DNA from: a virus
Lineage: Duplodnaviria; Caudoviricetes
Length of the DNA: 64,000 nt
Virus record (IMG/VR): IMGVR_UViG_3300020161_001040
Location: 6,467-70,466 of that record
Reading direction: 5' to 3' (one strand)
Shown here: positions 38,301 through 47,570 of the stretch, piece by piece
How the letters are laid out: each line of letters begins with the position of its first letter
How positions within the stretch are numbered: position 1 is the first letter of the stretch
Program-made: the position numbers and the translations under genes
The notes under the pieces: generated by a model
Databases searched by the model: none
What the model saw: the letters and a program-made list of their open reading frames with translations, nothing else
What the model was told of the DNA's origin: nothing

Positions 38301-38599
38301 TCTCTAAGGGTCTTCAGTACACTGGTTAGACCGCCAGTGACACGGAGAGCATCAGTAGTGGTGGTGCCTCCGATACTAGCCAGGGTGTTAAGTTGTTCTG
38401 CAGTAATAGCAACGTCCACCCCGCCTAGTTGAAGGCCGGATTGGATATTGACCTTGGTGGAGGAAATTTGCAGAGGGGACTGAGTACCCTCCCCATCTTC
38501 GACGGGTCTGGGAGTAGCGTCAATGCCGCTATTGTTATTGCTGACCTGCAGCAGGTCCTTGTAAGTAGACGCGGGGGTTCTACCGGTTAGAGCCACCAT
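35375..38599 (-). CDS. Tail fibre/spike with pectin-lyase-like beta-helix
   Basis: GNDASDG..AKLTIK, SIVGDGLR, SPYVQNC, DSFTQVN, GYAQLVS; N-terminal repeats; WAGG-type C-terminus. Confidence 0.8.
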   Translation of the reverse strand: MVALTGRTPASTYKDLLQVSNNNSGIDATPRPVEDGEGTQSPLQISSTKVNIQSGLQLGGVDVAITAEQLNTLASIGGTTTTDALRVTGGLTSVLKTLRDGNNNDAALQVSTTAARFVGDWFLGSTRITATASQINSLNTLIGATVGSLKMGAAIASTFQAVTDTAGSLTGLSLSNSGVRINSLNLNGTTLSATAAHLNGVGAGMLKMGAALSATPQNLSDNSGNNLPIQATTDRITFTSQVDLGSGSVIRGGTQLVATFSELNAIAGGETAPNVLWVTKSGNDASDGSSVIKAKLTIKSAVARAIALQDAFLAANVLLSAPIADRARARPRIVIKVAAGDYSEVCPIVLNNNISIVGDGLRVVSIRPTPETNQNDMFQVDGGCYITGATFRGHQYPSFAIVFKPGAYILASPYVQNCSSITAKDIDGQAGSIALNSDPTGGGMKVDGAVPNSSSPIKSMVCDSFTQVNLNGPGFFILNDGYAQLVSCFGTFCSYHVKAATGGQVNLSNSTTDFGSQGLVATGKSVSAIYTGAYSSDRTGLANNQIRVGSLGTNRPYGGMIMEINIGGVDVLFTVGTATAPIGGQSTVTVSPALTTFPANGAPVKFYNRSTISTGSHTMEFVGAGFDYGALPQNGGVPVPNNEAVDDGIGRVYYTSTDHLGNFKVGAFLRIDQSTGSITIPADANINLSSLSSLGPFRQIIAGTASPVGVAVAEFSDTIGSGLLVSNHGNLAATLPTSRAVMEYVDSKVGAVIDITATNNLSNSGWTFTIDGRSYADDPVLRLYKGFEYRISVQPTSSNPAYAFFIKTDSSSGAINSYNDGVTNNGAYTGAAGGNVINFKVPYDAPAKLYYTASGFPTMTGEIQLFDLVDYSSLSGRPTIVSAFVNDAGYLTAASLSGVAVTSVSGRRGAVTLTAADISGLSSVATTGSYSSLTGTPTIGVAAGNILALDGSARLPSVPVFQPELREVRLREQTLTATGTLTLNYATADRFRVTATGNISTISVTNMPTSRAASIVLEAVNWGAFAITHPVSMRFAGGLSPSYTASGSDVIIIEKNSNEEFTWMVASKNVRAVA

Positions 38600-38600
38600 C

Positions 38601-38999
38601 TTATGTTACCCCCATGCGGACTCGCATATGATCTGTGATAGGGAATACTGACCCAGGGTCTGAGTCAAGAATCTACCAAGACGTATTGATACTATCCCAC
38701 GACGCATTCAGATTGTCCCATGTCCCGGAGACTCCGCCCCCGGAACCAGTGAGACTCTCCCATGTCGTGTTGATACTTTCCCAAGGAGACGTAACCGTTT
38801 CCCAAGGTCCAACTCCAGACGGACCGCCTGAGCCCAGCTGTTCCCAGACAGTCGATATGCCTTCCCACGGATCAACAACGTTCTCCCAGGGGATCGCAAT
38901 TGTGATCGGAGGTACGGAAGGAGGGGCAGGATAGGCATAGAACTTCCAGTCTAATTCACTGGGTCTATTACCCTTCTTACCCCTCATAGCAGACGACAT
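38601..38999 (-). pseudogene. Trp-repeat tail protein interrupted by in-frame TAG at 38673-38675 (108 aa, or 132 aa with readthrough)
   Basis: Three W-x6-W-x6-W repeats; frame stays open 23 codons past TAG to a TAA 1 nt before the next ATG. Confidence 0.6.
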
Positions 39000-39215
39000 T
39001 TATTCCTCCAAGGGATAAGGATCAATGCCTGATTCATTAAGCTTAATAGACACCGCATCTAGCAACTCAGGGGTAATCGACTCATAACGCTGAGGCAGCA
39101 TCACGAAGACCGTTTTGTCGATCTGTTGGATCGATCCTACTTGCTTGATGATATCAGCTTCCACCGTCGTAACGTTTTCCACGTTATTGACTGTGATGGC
39201 TCGGATTCGAATCAC
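39000..39215 (-). CDS. Small tail-region hypothetical protein
   Basis: Tightly packed in late operon. Confidence 0.65.
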   Translation of the reverse strand: MIRIRAITVNNVENVTTVEADIIKQVGSIQQIDKTVFVMLPQRYESITPELLDAVSIKLNESGIDPYPLEE

Positions 39216-40003
39216 GTGTATTTTCCTCTGAAGACTGTGTAATTAAGGTTCAACGCGAAACCCGTGTATACCGTCACGGGGAAACCGTTCTGATTGCTTT
39301 CGTATGAAGGAAAGCTGGATATGGGGCGTTTAAAGGTTATTTGAGTGTCCAAGAAGATCTTCTGATTTTGAGTATCTTCCACTAAATTGAGAAGAACGCA
39401 TCCGGCGTATTGACCATCTTGCCTTATGATGTGAGCTAAGATAGTTCCACCCATCATGCTCATAGTATATCCACCAGTGTCAGCTTCACCTCCGCCGATC
39501 TGGATATGCGAGAATAATATCTCATCAGGCCCATCCACCGATAGTTCGTTGAACGATAATAATAACTGACGATGAACTACGTCCACATCTCCCCCGACGA
39601 ATGAGACGGCTTCGTTAGGAGTAACATGTGATCCGCTGTATATCTGAGCTATATGTGGCATTCGGTGGTCGGTATCGAATGTTATTAGGTTATCGTCACT
39701 CCTCGATATAAATATTCTATCCGCCGTAGCGAAAAAACCGGGCGGACTATGATAAGTCGAAGCGTTATCTTTTAGATAAGTGATTTGAGCAAAATAATTA
39801 GTATCTATCTGTCCCTGTTGAACTATACCGTAGGACTGACCATCAAACGCGTATCTTAATGAATTAAATTGCGCTACGAACGTTGGGCTGTTAGGGAATT
39901 TCATGTCCGAAGATACTGGACTCTTATGTACGTACCTATTTCTTGAATCAAATTTCGCCCCCACTATCATCTTGAAAGGGTCGATTAATACATTTTGAGC
40001 CAT
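39212..40003 (-). CDS. Tail-region hypothetical protein
   Basis: 263 aa, overlap-coupled. Confidence 0.7.
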   Translation of the reverse strand: MAQNVLIDPFKMIVGAKFDSRNRYVHKSPVSSDMKFPNSPTFVAQFNSLRYAFDGQSYGIVQQGQIDTNYFAQITYLKDNASTYHSPPGFFATADRIFISRSDDNLITFDTDHRMPHIAQIYSGSHVTPNEAVSFVGGDVDVVHRQLLLSFNELSVDGPDEILFSHIQIGGGEADTGGYTMSMMGGTILAHIIRQDGQYAGCVLLNLVEDTQNQKIFLDTQITFKRPISSFPSYESNQNGFPVTVYTGFALNLNYTVFRGKYT

Positions 40004-40512
40004 CAGACGGTCGCCTTATTAAAGCAATACACCCTGAATGTTATATTCTCAGCCGGTAGCGGATTATATTGCACGAACCATCTCTCTTTTAAATAGATAC
40101 TGACATTATCAACTGCAAACCACCCCAGTCTGAATGAAGTGTTACTGGTCGTGGCGAAGAACATTGACCCGGCAATAGCTCTGTTGTTATCCGCTCTCAC
40201 TCCTATAAGTGAGGGTCTATAACCCAAATTATGATGGGCTATAGTATGCAGAGTGGTTCCCTCTCTAGGGATTTCTGAAGGATTTTTACCTTTCTTACCG
40301 CCCGCGCTCTGTGTAACCTCTTGGTACGGGAAAGAGACAGTAGCCTCGACCTGAACCGCAATGGCCATGTAATCGAAACTACTATGGAACCTTAGTTTAT
40401 CATAGTAAAAATCAGGTCGGAATAATACGTCGCCATCGTTGGATGCTGAAGAGTCAACTATAGCTATAGTTCCGCCGCCAATAACGCCGGAACCAATTAG
40501 CTTCTTACCCAT
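40003..40512 (-). CDS. Tail-region hypothetical protein
   Basis: IAHHNLGYRP beta-rich motif, coupled. Confidence 0.7.
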   Translation of the reverse strand: MGKKLIGSGVIGGGTIAIVDSSASNDGDVLFRPDFYYDKLRFHSSFDYMAIAVQVEATVSFPYQEVTQSAGGKKGKNPSEIPREGTTLHTIAHHNLGYRPSLIGVRADNNRAIAGSMFFATTSNTSFRLGWFAVDNVSIYLKERWFVQYNPLPAENITFRVYCFNKATV

Positions 40513-41149
40513 TGTTGTTATTCGTCTGTCTGTATACTCCGAAGATCATTCTCTTATATTCAGAAGTAAGAGGTTCTACACAGGAGAATCTACCCCCAAC
40601 ATGGTGTAAGATCTTACCTTCACCCATGTAAATTCCAGCATGGCTCGGCATAGAGGTGAACTTCATCAGGATGACGTCATTTTTCCTGATCGAGTTGACC
40701 TGTTCGAAGCCGTAATCAGGAGCGCCCTCAACGTACAAATTCTCTCCGGAATTCCACCACCCATAAGTTCTCTGATTGTTATTAGGAAGTAGCTTCCCAA
40801 ATTCTCTTCTGTAGTAATCACGTATCAGAGTGTAGCAATCAAAAATGCCGTGAATGAAAGGACGATTGATATATGGATGATTCTCAAAGAATCTGTCGGG
40901 AACGTAGGCTTCGCTGGCGTCCAAGGTAGGGCCAAGAACGACTAAAGGGAGTTTCTCACTATTCATTTGAGAACGTAATTCTTCAGAAATTTCGTACACT
41001 TGTTCATGGTCAACCGACACGCATCTAACGGCAGTATTAGGTCCCTTTTCAAAGGAGACTACTACTTTGCCTAACTCCTGATCTAGAAAGCAAGTGCCAG
41101 CGCTCTTGATCTGATCAAATATTTCTTTGGTAATTCTATGGCCGAACAC
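40505..41149 (-). CDS. NlpC/P60 tail protein (second K-like paralog, JAB domain degenerate)
   Basis: RPFIHGIFDCYTLIRDYY, HAGIYMG..ILHH. Confidence 0.8.
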   Translation of the reverse strand: MFGHRITKEIFDQIKSAGTCFLDQELGKVVVSFEKGPNTAVRCVSVDHEQVYEISEELRSQMNSEKLPLVVLGPTLDASEAYVPDRFFENHPYINRPFIHGIFDCYTLIRDYYRREFGKLLPNNNQRTYGWWNSGENLYVEGAPDYGFEQVNSIRKNDVILMKFTSMPSHAGIYMGEGKILHHVGGRFSCVEPLTSEYKRMIFGVYRQTNNNNG

Positions 41150-41150
41150 G

Positions 41151-44100
41151 TTATACCTCTATCTTGAAGAACTTGTTGTCTAAATCGATAATAAACTTGC
41201 CATCGTTAGACCGTAGCAATCCTGCAGTAATGACCCCCGCGTTCGCAGTAATCGCAGACAATTGGCCGACCGCCAGTTTACTAGCTCCGATGGTTCCTGT
41301 CACTAGTAGATTCCCGTCTATTACCACGCCTGGAGAAGTCCAAGAGTTAGTGGTAGGCGCGCCGTTCCCAATAGGTCCCGACCAAAACTTAGTGATGGCG
41401 AACGAGGCGGAGCTACCGACTCCACCTTCTATAAACGTCCTAATGCCGTATTGAGTAACAGTATCTCCCGGCATCGGGCCATTGCCCAAGGACGCTGTGG
41501 TGTTGGCTACCGAATCACTCCATGCGCCCGCTTCGGTGACCGCTGAAATTGTTCCTCTATTAACATAGAAAGTTCTGGAACCTCGTAGACCGTCAAGTCC
41601 CCGAATACCTTCTTGCCCCTGCTGACCTTCATCGCCCTTGTCCCCTTTCTCTCCCTTTTCTAGGTACAAAGTCCATTGCTTCTGACCGGGAGTATTCTCA
41701 ACCAGAACGTAGCTGTTGCCGTCTACGCTATTCTTATACACCGAGTTTACATTATAAATTGAAGTGCTAGGTTGAGAGGAGAATGTTCCGACGAAATTAA
41801 CCGTGGGGACCAAGGCATTATTGGCGATATCAGTTAATAGTTTGTTACCTTCGCTCGTCCCGATATAAACACTAGAACCTAGCACCCCATCAGTGGATAT
41901 TAAGAGATTACCGCTGGCATCGAATAGCTCGATACCGTAGTTGGAACCGGATAGCTTGCCTATTTTAACCCTATCTCTGGTGCCGTCATTGACCCTGATT
42001 TGGCCAGAAGCACCATCAATGGCGGTATATTTGACCCCTAAAATCGTGCCACCGAGATTAGAATTAGCTACCACTGGGCCGAGTTGGTTAAATTGGAACT
42101 GACTAGTATTCGGAACGGCGGTAATTTGATACGTTCCATCAAATGACCTGTTGGATACCTCCGATATTACTACGAATTTACCGACAGTGTATTCATGGGG
42201 AACGGAGGTAGTTACGGTAACAACACCAGCGATGCTGCGACCAATGCTAGCAATTTGGAGAGTATCCCCAACATAGATAGTGTCGGCGTCCAAGAATCCT
42301 GTCTTGATGTTACCGGCCCGAAGTACTTCAGTGACGTCTAATTGAGTGGTAGTAATACTGCCGGTCCGGATTCGGTTAGCCAGAATCGTATCGGTAATAA
42401 TAGTACTGCCGTCAACTACAGTCCTGCCGAAATTGGCAACCAGATTCACGCCACCTCTATAGGTGGCCATTATTACTTTGTTATCTCCCTCAAGGTCATC
42501 GGTGTTAATAGTAGCGGTGAGAGAGGTAGTATCTCTGGTCCAATAGACGTAAATTGTTTGACCAGTCCACATCATGCCGGTGAGATTATCAGATACATTT
42601 ACGCTGACTAAATTCCCAGTCAAATCTCCCGGATAGCTTATTCTCCCTCCATACCAGAACACGGTATTAGTGTCTTTATTAAAGTCGAAAGTGATCCCTT
42701 CAATGGTAAGGTTTCTGGACCCGACCACCAAGCTATTCGAACGGACACTATTGGCGGAAATAACTCCGCCATTGATTTGAGTGCTGTCCCCGCCCGTTCT
42801 CCAGGCTTCCACCAAGCTCTGCAGATTAAAGTTCTGATTACCGGTAATGGTAATCTTGCCTGCCCCAATTTGCGTGGTCTTATCGTTAATTCTATTAGCG
42901 GGGTCATCGGCTTGGTTAGCTATCACCTCCAGATTAAACCCAGTGGTTCCGACAGTGATCGAGCCAGGAAGGCTGGTTACAGAGTTAATCCTGTCACCGG
43001 ATATGGACCCGGCTACGATCCTATCGCCATTCAGTGTGGTTACGGCGATGACACTGCCGCTGATGCTGTTGGCCACGAAGTGATCAGTAATAATGGCCCC
43101 ATCGGCAATGTAGGTAGTGGACGTCAATCTGAAGATACTAACGTTATCTAAAAACACCGTACCGGCTCTATTTGTGGCTACCACTTCGACGCGGGCTCTA
43201 ATAGCACCAGCGGGGATAGTAGCTTTCACCGTCGAGCTAGCGTAGGTCGAGCTATTGATCAAGTTACCATCAATAGTAGGGCTGATTAATCCCCCAGACG
43301 AGTCAATAAATCTGACCCTAACGAACGCACCGTTGGCGTTGGTCAATATGCACTTAATCTTGGCTACAGCGTAAAACTTATCACCTTCGACTACGGTGAA
43401 TGCGAATTTATTAGAGATTACGTCATCTATGACGGAAGCATTGTGACGAGCTACCCATGTCCCGGAGAACGCATTCACAGAGTCATTGACGATGGACCAA
43501 TTATCACCCTTAGTCCACCCGCCTGTCTCTGCTCCGTCTCCAGCTTCGAAATTACCGTTCTCAGTAAGGTTACTGAAATCACCAACAGCAAGCGCGTTAG
43601 TAGTTATGGCTCCAGCCGCTATCTGCCCCGCTTGGATTCTTCCAGCCAATAAGGAGGTGTCTACGGTGTTTACCCAAGCTCCAACACCGCTAACTACGCT
43701 GTACCTATAAATGGTGTTGTTGCTCTTTAAGAACGCCAATCTACCCTGGTATAAGCCTTCAGTCGGCAGAGCCTCCACAATTTCCGGGACGGATAGACTC
43801 GACGCCAAGTTAATAGCTTCGATGGCTCCGTTCTCGATATCGGTCGAGGTAAGCTGCGGGACCGCTACGGTTAGTCTTTGAGAAAATACGCTGGCGTTAT
43901 TGCTAGTGTCTACCGCTCTAAGCCACACATAATAGGTAGAGGCTGGAGTTAACCCACTAGCGGTAAAGCCTCCTTCGGTGCCCGATATAGCGTTAACGAC
44001 GCTGAGAAGCATCGAGGCTCTGTTGGCGATGGGATCGGGTTCATCACCGGTCTGATTTAGCCATATTTCGATGTGAGATAAATATTTGTCATCAGACGGA

Positions 44101-47100
44101 TTCATCCATCTTAAGAAAATAGTACGAATAGCGGCGTCGTACGTCAGTGCCGTAGGAGGACTGGGAGGAACGTCGTCAGCAAACGCCTGGATAAACTGCT
44201 GAGTAGTAAACGCGCTTTTATTCTGAATCCTATCCAGCGCTCTCACTCTCACATAAACAGTGGTGAGAGGAGCCACCCCAACTTTATAAGTAGTGGAGGC
44301 AGTCGAGAATGATATCCAATCGAAATTGGCAGCTAATCCTGCGGGAGGCACTGCCTTGAATTGCACGTCATAATAGCTAAAGTCACTTTCCCCATTGGGA
44401 TTCCACTTAGCAATTACATATACAACACCATCATCGCCCAATTCGGTAGACAGAACTAGTCCGGTGGGAGTCCCAGGTGGGATGGTATCTAGGTCTTCCG
44501 GTCTGAGGGTCGGAGTACTGAACGGTATTTGATTGGACAGAGTTAACCCTGTTCTACCAAATACGTCGAATGCAGCATACCTCATGTAATAAGTAACGCC
44601 AGGAGCCGTTGGCAACACGATGGTCGTATCGCTGCCCTCATAGATAGGCAGAACCTCGTTACTGCCGACAGTCTCGCCTGGGTATTTGGGAGTAAAACCA
44701 GATTGATTCGATATCCAGACGTACACTCCTTCCCAATCACTGTCCGTTGGTGGAGTGTATCTGACCAGGGTAGACGAAAAACCAGGGGTAGCGGCAATTA
44801 GAACTGGGACATCTGGGACGGGGTTAGTGAGGACAGCCGTAGCCGCGTTGCTAAGTCTGTTAAATACGTCTCTAGCTTTTATTGAGACTTTTAACCCTCT
44901 TCTGGGGCCTCCGTCATTCAAATTATCCGAGTAGAAATATATGGCCCTGATCTGACCCTCAACATTAACCGTTCTCAGAACGTTATTAGTAATAGGGTCT
45001 AAGATGGATACTTCATAGTCTTGCAGTACGACCTGAGTTAGAACGGCATTCCCAGGGTTGTTGTCCCATTCAAAACCGAGATTAAGACCGGCCCAATTGG
45101 TGCCATTAACAGTCCCAATTACTCGGATATTAACGGGGGGTAGCAGTAGCGAAGATCCTCCTATGGTTACAACATAAGAGGATAGTGATAATAGGCTCAC
45201 TTGACCGAAAGAGCTTACCGCTTCGACCGCAACCTCATAGGTACCGGCCACAACGTTATCGAGAAGATATTCGGGGACATAGATGCTAAATGCCTGGCTC
45301 CAACTATCGTTGTTCACTTTATATCTGAATCTATATCCGGAGACAAATTGATTGTCTGGCGGAGTCCAAGATACTCTTAATCTACGAATAATTCCGGTAT
45401 CCGCTGTCACAGCAAATTCCGAGAATGTGATACCGGTTACGGGCGGTATAGAGTTCGGAAAATAATCGTATTCCTTTCTCTCTAAGCCGAACCCCTGCTC
45501 TACTCTGCCGTATTTATCGGGATCGTGTAGCAAAGCAGTGATATCATAATTATTATCATCGGATTCCTTAATGGCAATAACACGATATAACAAGTCATCC
45601 TTTAAGATATTAGACAGGCCCCAGATGGAACCTGGGGCAGGAACAACGCCATTGGGGAACGGGTTTGCGAGAGTTAGAGTGGTAAACGTACCTGTAGAAT
45701 TACTCACTTCGCAATCGATTACTGGGCCGCGAGTATCCGTGGTGATCAACCACGATCCATCAACGTACCTATGAGCCGTTCCGCTGTTGTTGTACCATAG
45801 ATCGCCGCTATTAGATACAGAAGCTCCAGGAGGATTTTGTTGCTTAAAGATTCTCGCCGGAACGTATACAGATAGCGTGTATGCTCCTGGGGCCGGATTA
45901 TCCAACACCACAGAAGAATCCAACGTCACACTGTCGCTAGTGGCGGATATGATTCTACCACCGGTTCTGACATTAATTCTGTCGGGATCACGGACTCTTA
46001 TGATGTCACCGGGCATCACGGAAGCGTGATCCCACGATGCTCTATAGGTTACCGTCTCGGTTTCGTTCGTCTCAGTATCAAGAATCCATCTACCGTGACG
46101 ATGGGCCTGACTACGGGAAGTGCACCCGTATGCTATCACCTCAGTCTGTCTGTACCCAAGAGCATTAATAGTAATTGGGTCTGCTTCTGCCGCCTCAGGA
46201 GTGGGCTCGTAGTTGTCCTCGGGGTCGTTGTACGTGACAAGAGCCGCCGTATGCCTAGCCTTGATAGAAGTACCGCTGTAACTAAATTCGCCGTTAATAA
46301 CGTTGGACGGGTTAACCTCACGCATAGGGTCTTCAGGTTTATCCGCTTTAACGTAAATAGACCCGCTCGACCAATAAATCATCCCTCGAAAACACGACGC
46401 TATCGATTGGACGACTTTGTATGCGTCCTCTCTGCCGGTTATTACTCCATTAAACCGAAATCTAGGCTCTTTAATGTCCGTCCCGTCTTGATTTCTAAAC
46501 CCCGTATTGACGGGCTCGTCGCAATACCTAGCAATCTCATATAGTCCAGGAGTATCAATATTCTCCTGTAAAATACTTTCCCCTAAGCCATATCTCTCGT
46601 TAGTTAAGATATCGAACAACACCCAGGCGGGGTTGTCGGACCAAGCGGTGTAAAACCCCCCGTTCCACGGTTGTTCAACATTGGTGTCACTACCATCGGA
46701 TGGATTTCTGGTGTATTTCCGGCTTTGAGGGAAATAGTTAGAAGGTACCTGTATCTTTCTGCCTAGAATTTCATACGATCGATTCGGGATACTTGATCCA
46801 AATTGTTGAGCGTCTACCTCGATCCCTAATACAGCCGTATCCGGATACGTGAATTTCTGATTAATAATTTCCGTATAGCTTGAGAAGTAAGTTTTATTCT
46901 GAATATTTGATTCAGTGCTATCGTCTGTGATTCTTCTAACTCTGATGTCCCAATAACCATTTGATGCTATCGGCTTGGGCAGATTTACCCTATATGATCT
47001 TTCATAAGGAGAGGTAGTCTTACCTTTAATCTCATCTAAATAGATCTGTGAATATCCACCTCCGTTAGTAGAAACATCAATAGCAATTGAAACTTCGGAG

Positions 47101-47570
47101 CCTATGAGATCGCCGTTGGACTTGTTTTGAAAAGTCAACATAGGGATACGAATTTTGATGAGTACGGCGTCGATATCAACGTCTTCGACTCTGATCGTTC
47201 TCGGAGTGACTTTCTTTATTTCCGACCCTACCGGCACTTCTCTAGAACTGCTGTTGAAACCTGACAAAGGCTCCTGTGAAGGCAAACCAAGACGATAATC
47301 TACTTTGATACCGGAAAAATTGCGACCGGCTGGACCGAGGACGGGAACATTGTCCAAAAACACGTATTTATAAATGTTGTCTCCGGTTTCCGGGAATCCC
47401 TCAATTTGTCCTTCGCTGATTACTTCAACAATACGGACTACGGCTCTGCTTTGAAGATCGTTTGGACCTTCATAAGCCTCTTTACCGCCACCACCGCCTT
47501 TTCCGCCTTTTCCGCCGCCTCCACCAGAACCTTCAATTGGTAGAGGGGTGATCCAATTCTCATCCATCAT
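41151..47570 (-). CDS. Tail tip/host specificity protein J-like (central fibre)
   Basis: ISEGQIEG, YPDTA..G, AWSDNPAW, EPRF, GCTSRSQAHRHGRW, Fn3 repeats, CBM-like segment, DUF1983-like C-terminus. Confidence 0.92.
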   Translation of the reverse strand: MMDENWITPLPIEGSGGGGGKGGKGGGGGKEAYEGPNDLQSRAVVRIVEVISEGQIEGFPETGDNIYKYVFLDNVPVLGPAGRNFSGIKVDYRLGLPSQEPLSGFNSSSREVPVGSEIKKVTPRTIRVEDVDIDAVLIKIRIPMLTFQNKSNGDLIGSEVSIAIDVSTNGGGYSQIYLDEIKGKTTSPYERSYRVNLPKPIASNGYWDIRVRRITDDSTESNIQNKTYFSSYTEIINQKFTYPDTAVLGIEVDAQQFGSSIPNRSYEILGRKIQVPSNYFPQSRKYTRNPSDGSDTNVEQPWNGGFYTAWSDNPAWVLFDILTNERYGLGESILQENIDTPGLYEIARYCDEPVNTGFRNQDGTDIKEPRFRFNGVITGREDAYKVVQSIASCFRGMIYWSSGSIYVKADKPEDPMREVNPSNVINGEFSYSGTSIKARHTAALVTYNDPEDNYEPTPEAAEADPITINALGYRQTEVIAYGCTSRSQAHRHGRWILDTETNETETVTYRASWDHASVMPGDIIRVRDPDRINVRTGGRIISATSDSVTLDSSVVLDNPAPGAYTLSVYVPARIFKQQNPPGASVSNSGDLWYNNSGTAHRYVDGSWLITTDTRGPVIDCEVSNSTGTFTTLTLANPFPNGVVPAPGSIWGLSNILKDDLLYRVIAIKESDDNNYDITALLHDPDKYGRVEQGFGLERKEYDYFPNSIPPVTGITFSEFAVTADTGIIRRLRVSWTPPDNQFVSGYRFRYKVNNDSWSQAFSIYVPEYLLDNVVAGTYEVAVEAVSSFGQVSLLSLSSYVVTIGGSSLLLPPVNIRVIGTVNGTNWAGLNLGFEWDNNPGNAVLTQVVLQDYEVSILDPITNNVLRTVNVEGQIRAIYFYSDNLNDGGPRRGLKVSIKARDVFNRLSNAATAVLTNPVPDVPVLIAATPGFSSTLVRYTPPTDSDWEGVYVWISNQSGFTPKYPGETVGSNEVLPIYEGSDTTIVLPTAPGVTYYMRYAAFDVFGRTGLTLSNQIPFSTPTLRPEDLDTIPPGTPTGLVLSTELGDDGVVYVIAKWNPNGESDFSYYDVQFKAVPPAGLAANFDWISFSTASTTYKVGVAPLTTVYVRVRALDRIQNKSAFTTQQFIQAFADDVPPSPPTALTYDAAIRTIFLRWMNPSDDKYLSHIEIWLNQTGDEPDPIANRASMLLSVVNAISGTEGGFTASGLTPASTYYVWLRAVDTSNNASVFSQRLTVAVPQLTSTDIENGAIEAINLASSLSVPEIVEALPTEGLYQGRLAFLKSNNTIYRYSVVSGVGAWVNTVDTSLLAGRIQAGQIAAGAITTNALAVGDFSNLTENGNFEAGDGAETGGWTKGDNWSIVNDSVNAFSGTWVARHNASVIDDVISNKFAFTVVEGDKFYAVAKIKCILTNANGAFVRVRFIDSSGGLISPTIDGNLINSSTYASSTVKATIPAGAIRARVEVVATNRAGTVFLDNVSIFRLTSTTYIADGAIITDHFVANSISGSVIAVTTLNGDRIVAGSISGDRINSVTSLPGSITVGTTGFNLEVIANQADDPANRINDKTTQIGAGKITITGNQNFNLQSLVEAWRTGGDSTQINGGVISANSVRSNSLVVGSRNLTIEGITFDFNKDTNTVFWYGGRISYPGDLTGNLVSVNVSDNLTGMMWTGQTIYVYWTRDTTSLTATINTDDLEGDNKVIMATYRGGVNLVANFGRTVVDGSTIITDTILANRIRTGSITTTQLDVTEVLRAGNIKTGFLDADTIYVGDTLQIASIGRSIAGVVTVTTSVPHEYTVGKFVVISEVSNRSFDGTYQITAVPNTSQFQFNQLGPVVANSNLGGTILGVKYTAIDGASGQIRVNDGTRDRVKIGKLSGSNYGIELFDASGNLLISTDGVLGSSVYIGTSEGNKLLTDIANNALVPTVNFVGTFSSQPSTSIYNVNSVYKNSVDGNSYVLVENTPGQKQWTLYLEKGEKGDKGDEGQQGQEGIRGLDGLRGSRTFYVNRGTISAVTEAGAWSDSVANTTASLGNGPMPGDTVTQYGIRTFIEGGVGSSASFAITKFWSGPIGNGAPTTNSWTSPGVVIDGNLLVTGTIGASKLAVGQLSAITANAGVITAGLLRSNDGKFIIDLDNKFFKIEV

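Noticed and set aside
38635-38934. 99-aa plus-strand ORF with PxxLSH repeats
   Set aside because: Mirror of the minus-strand Trp-repeat gene, opposite to the late operon
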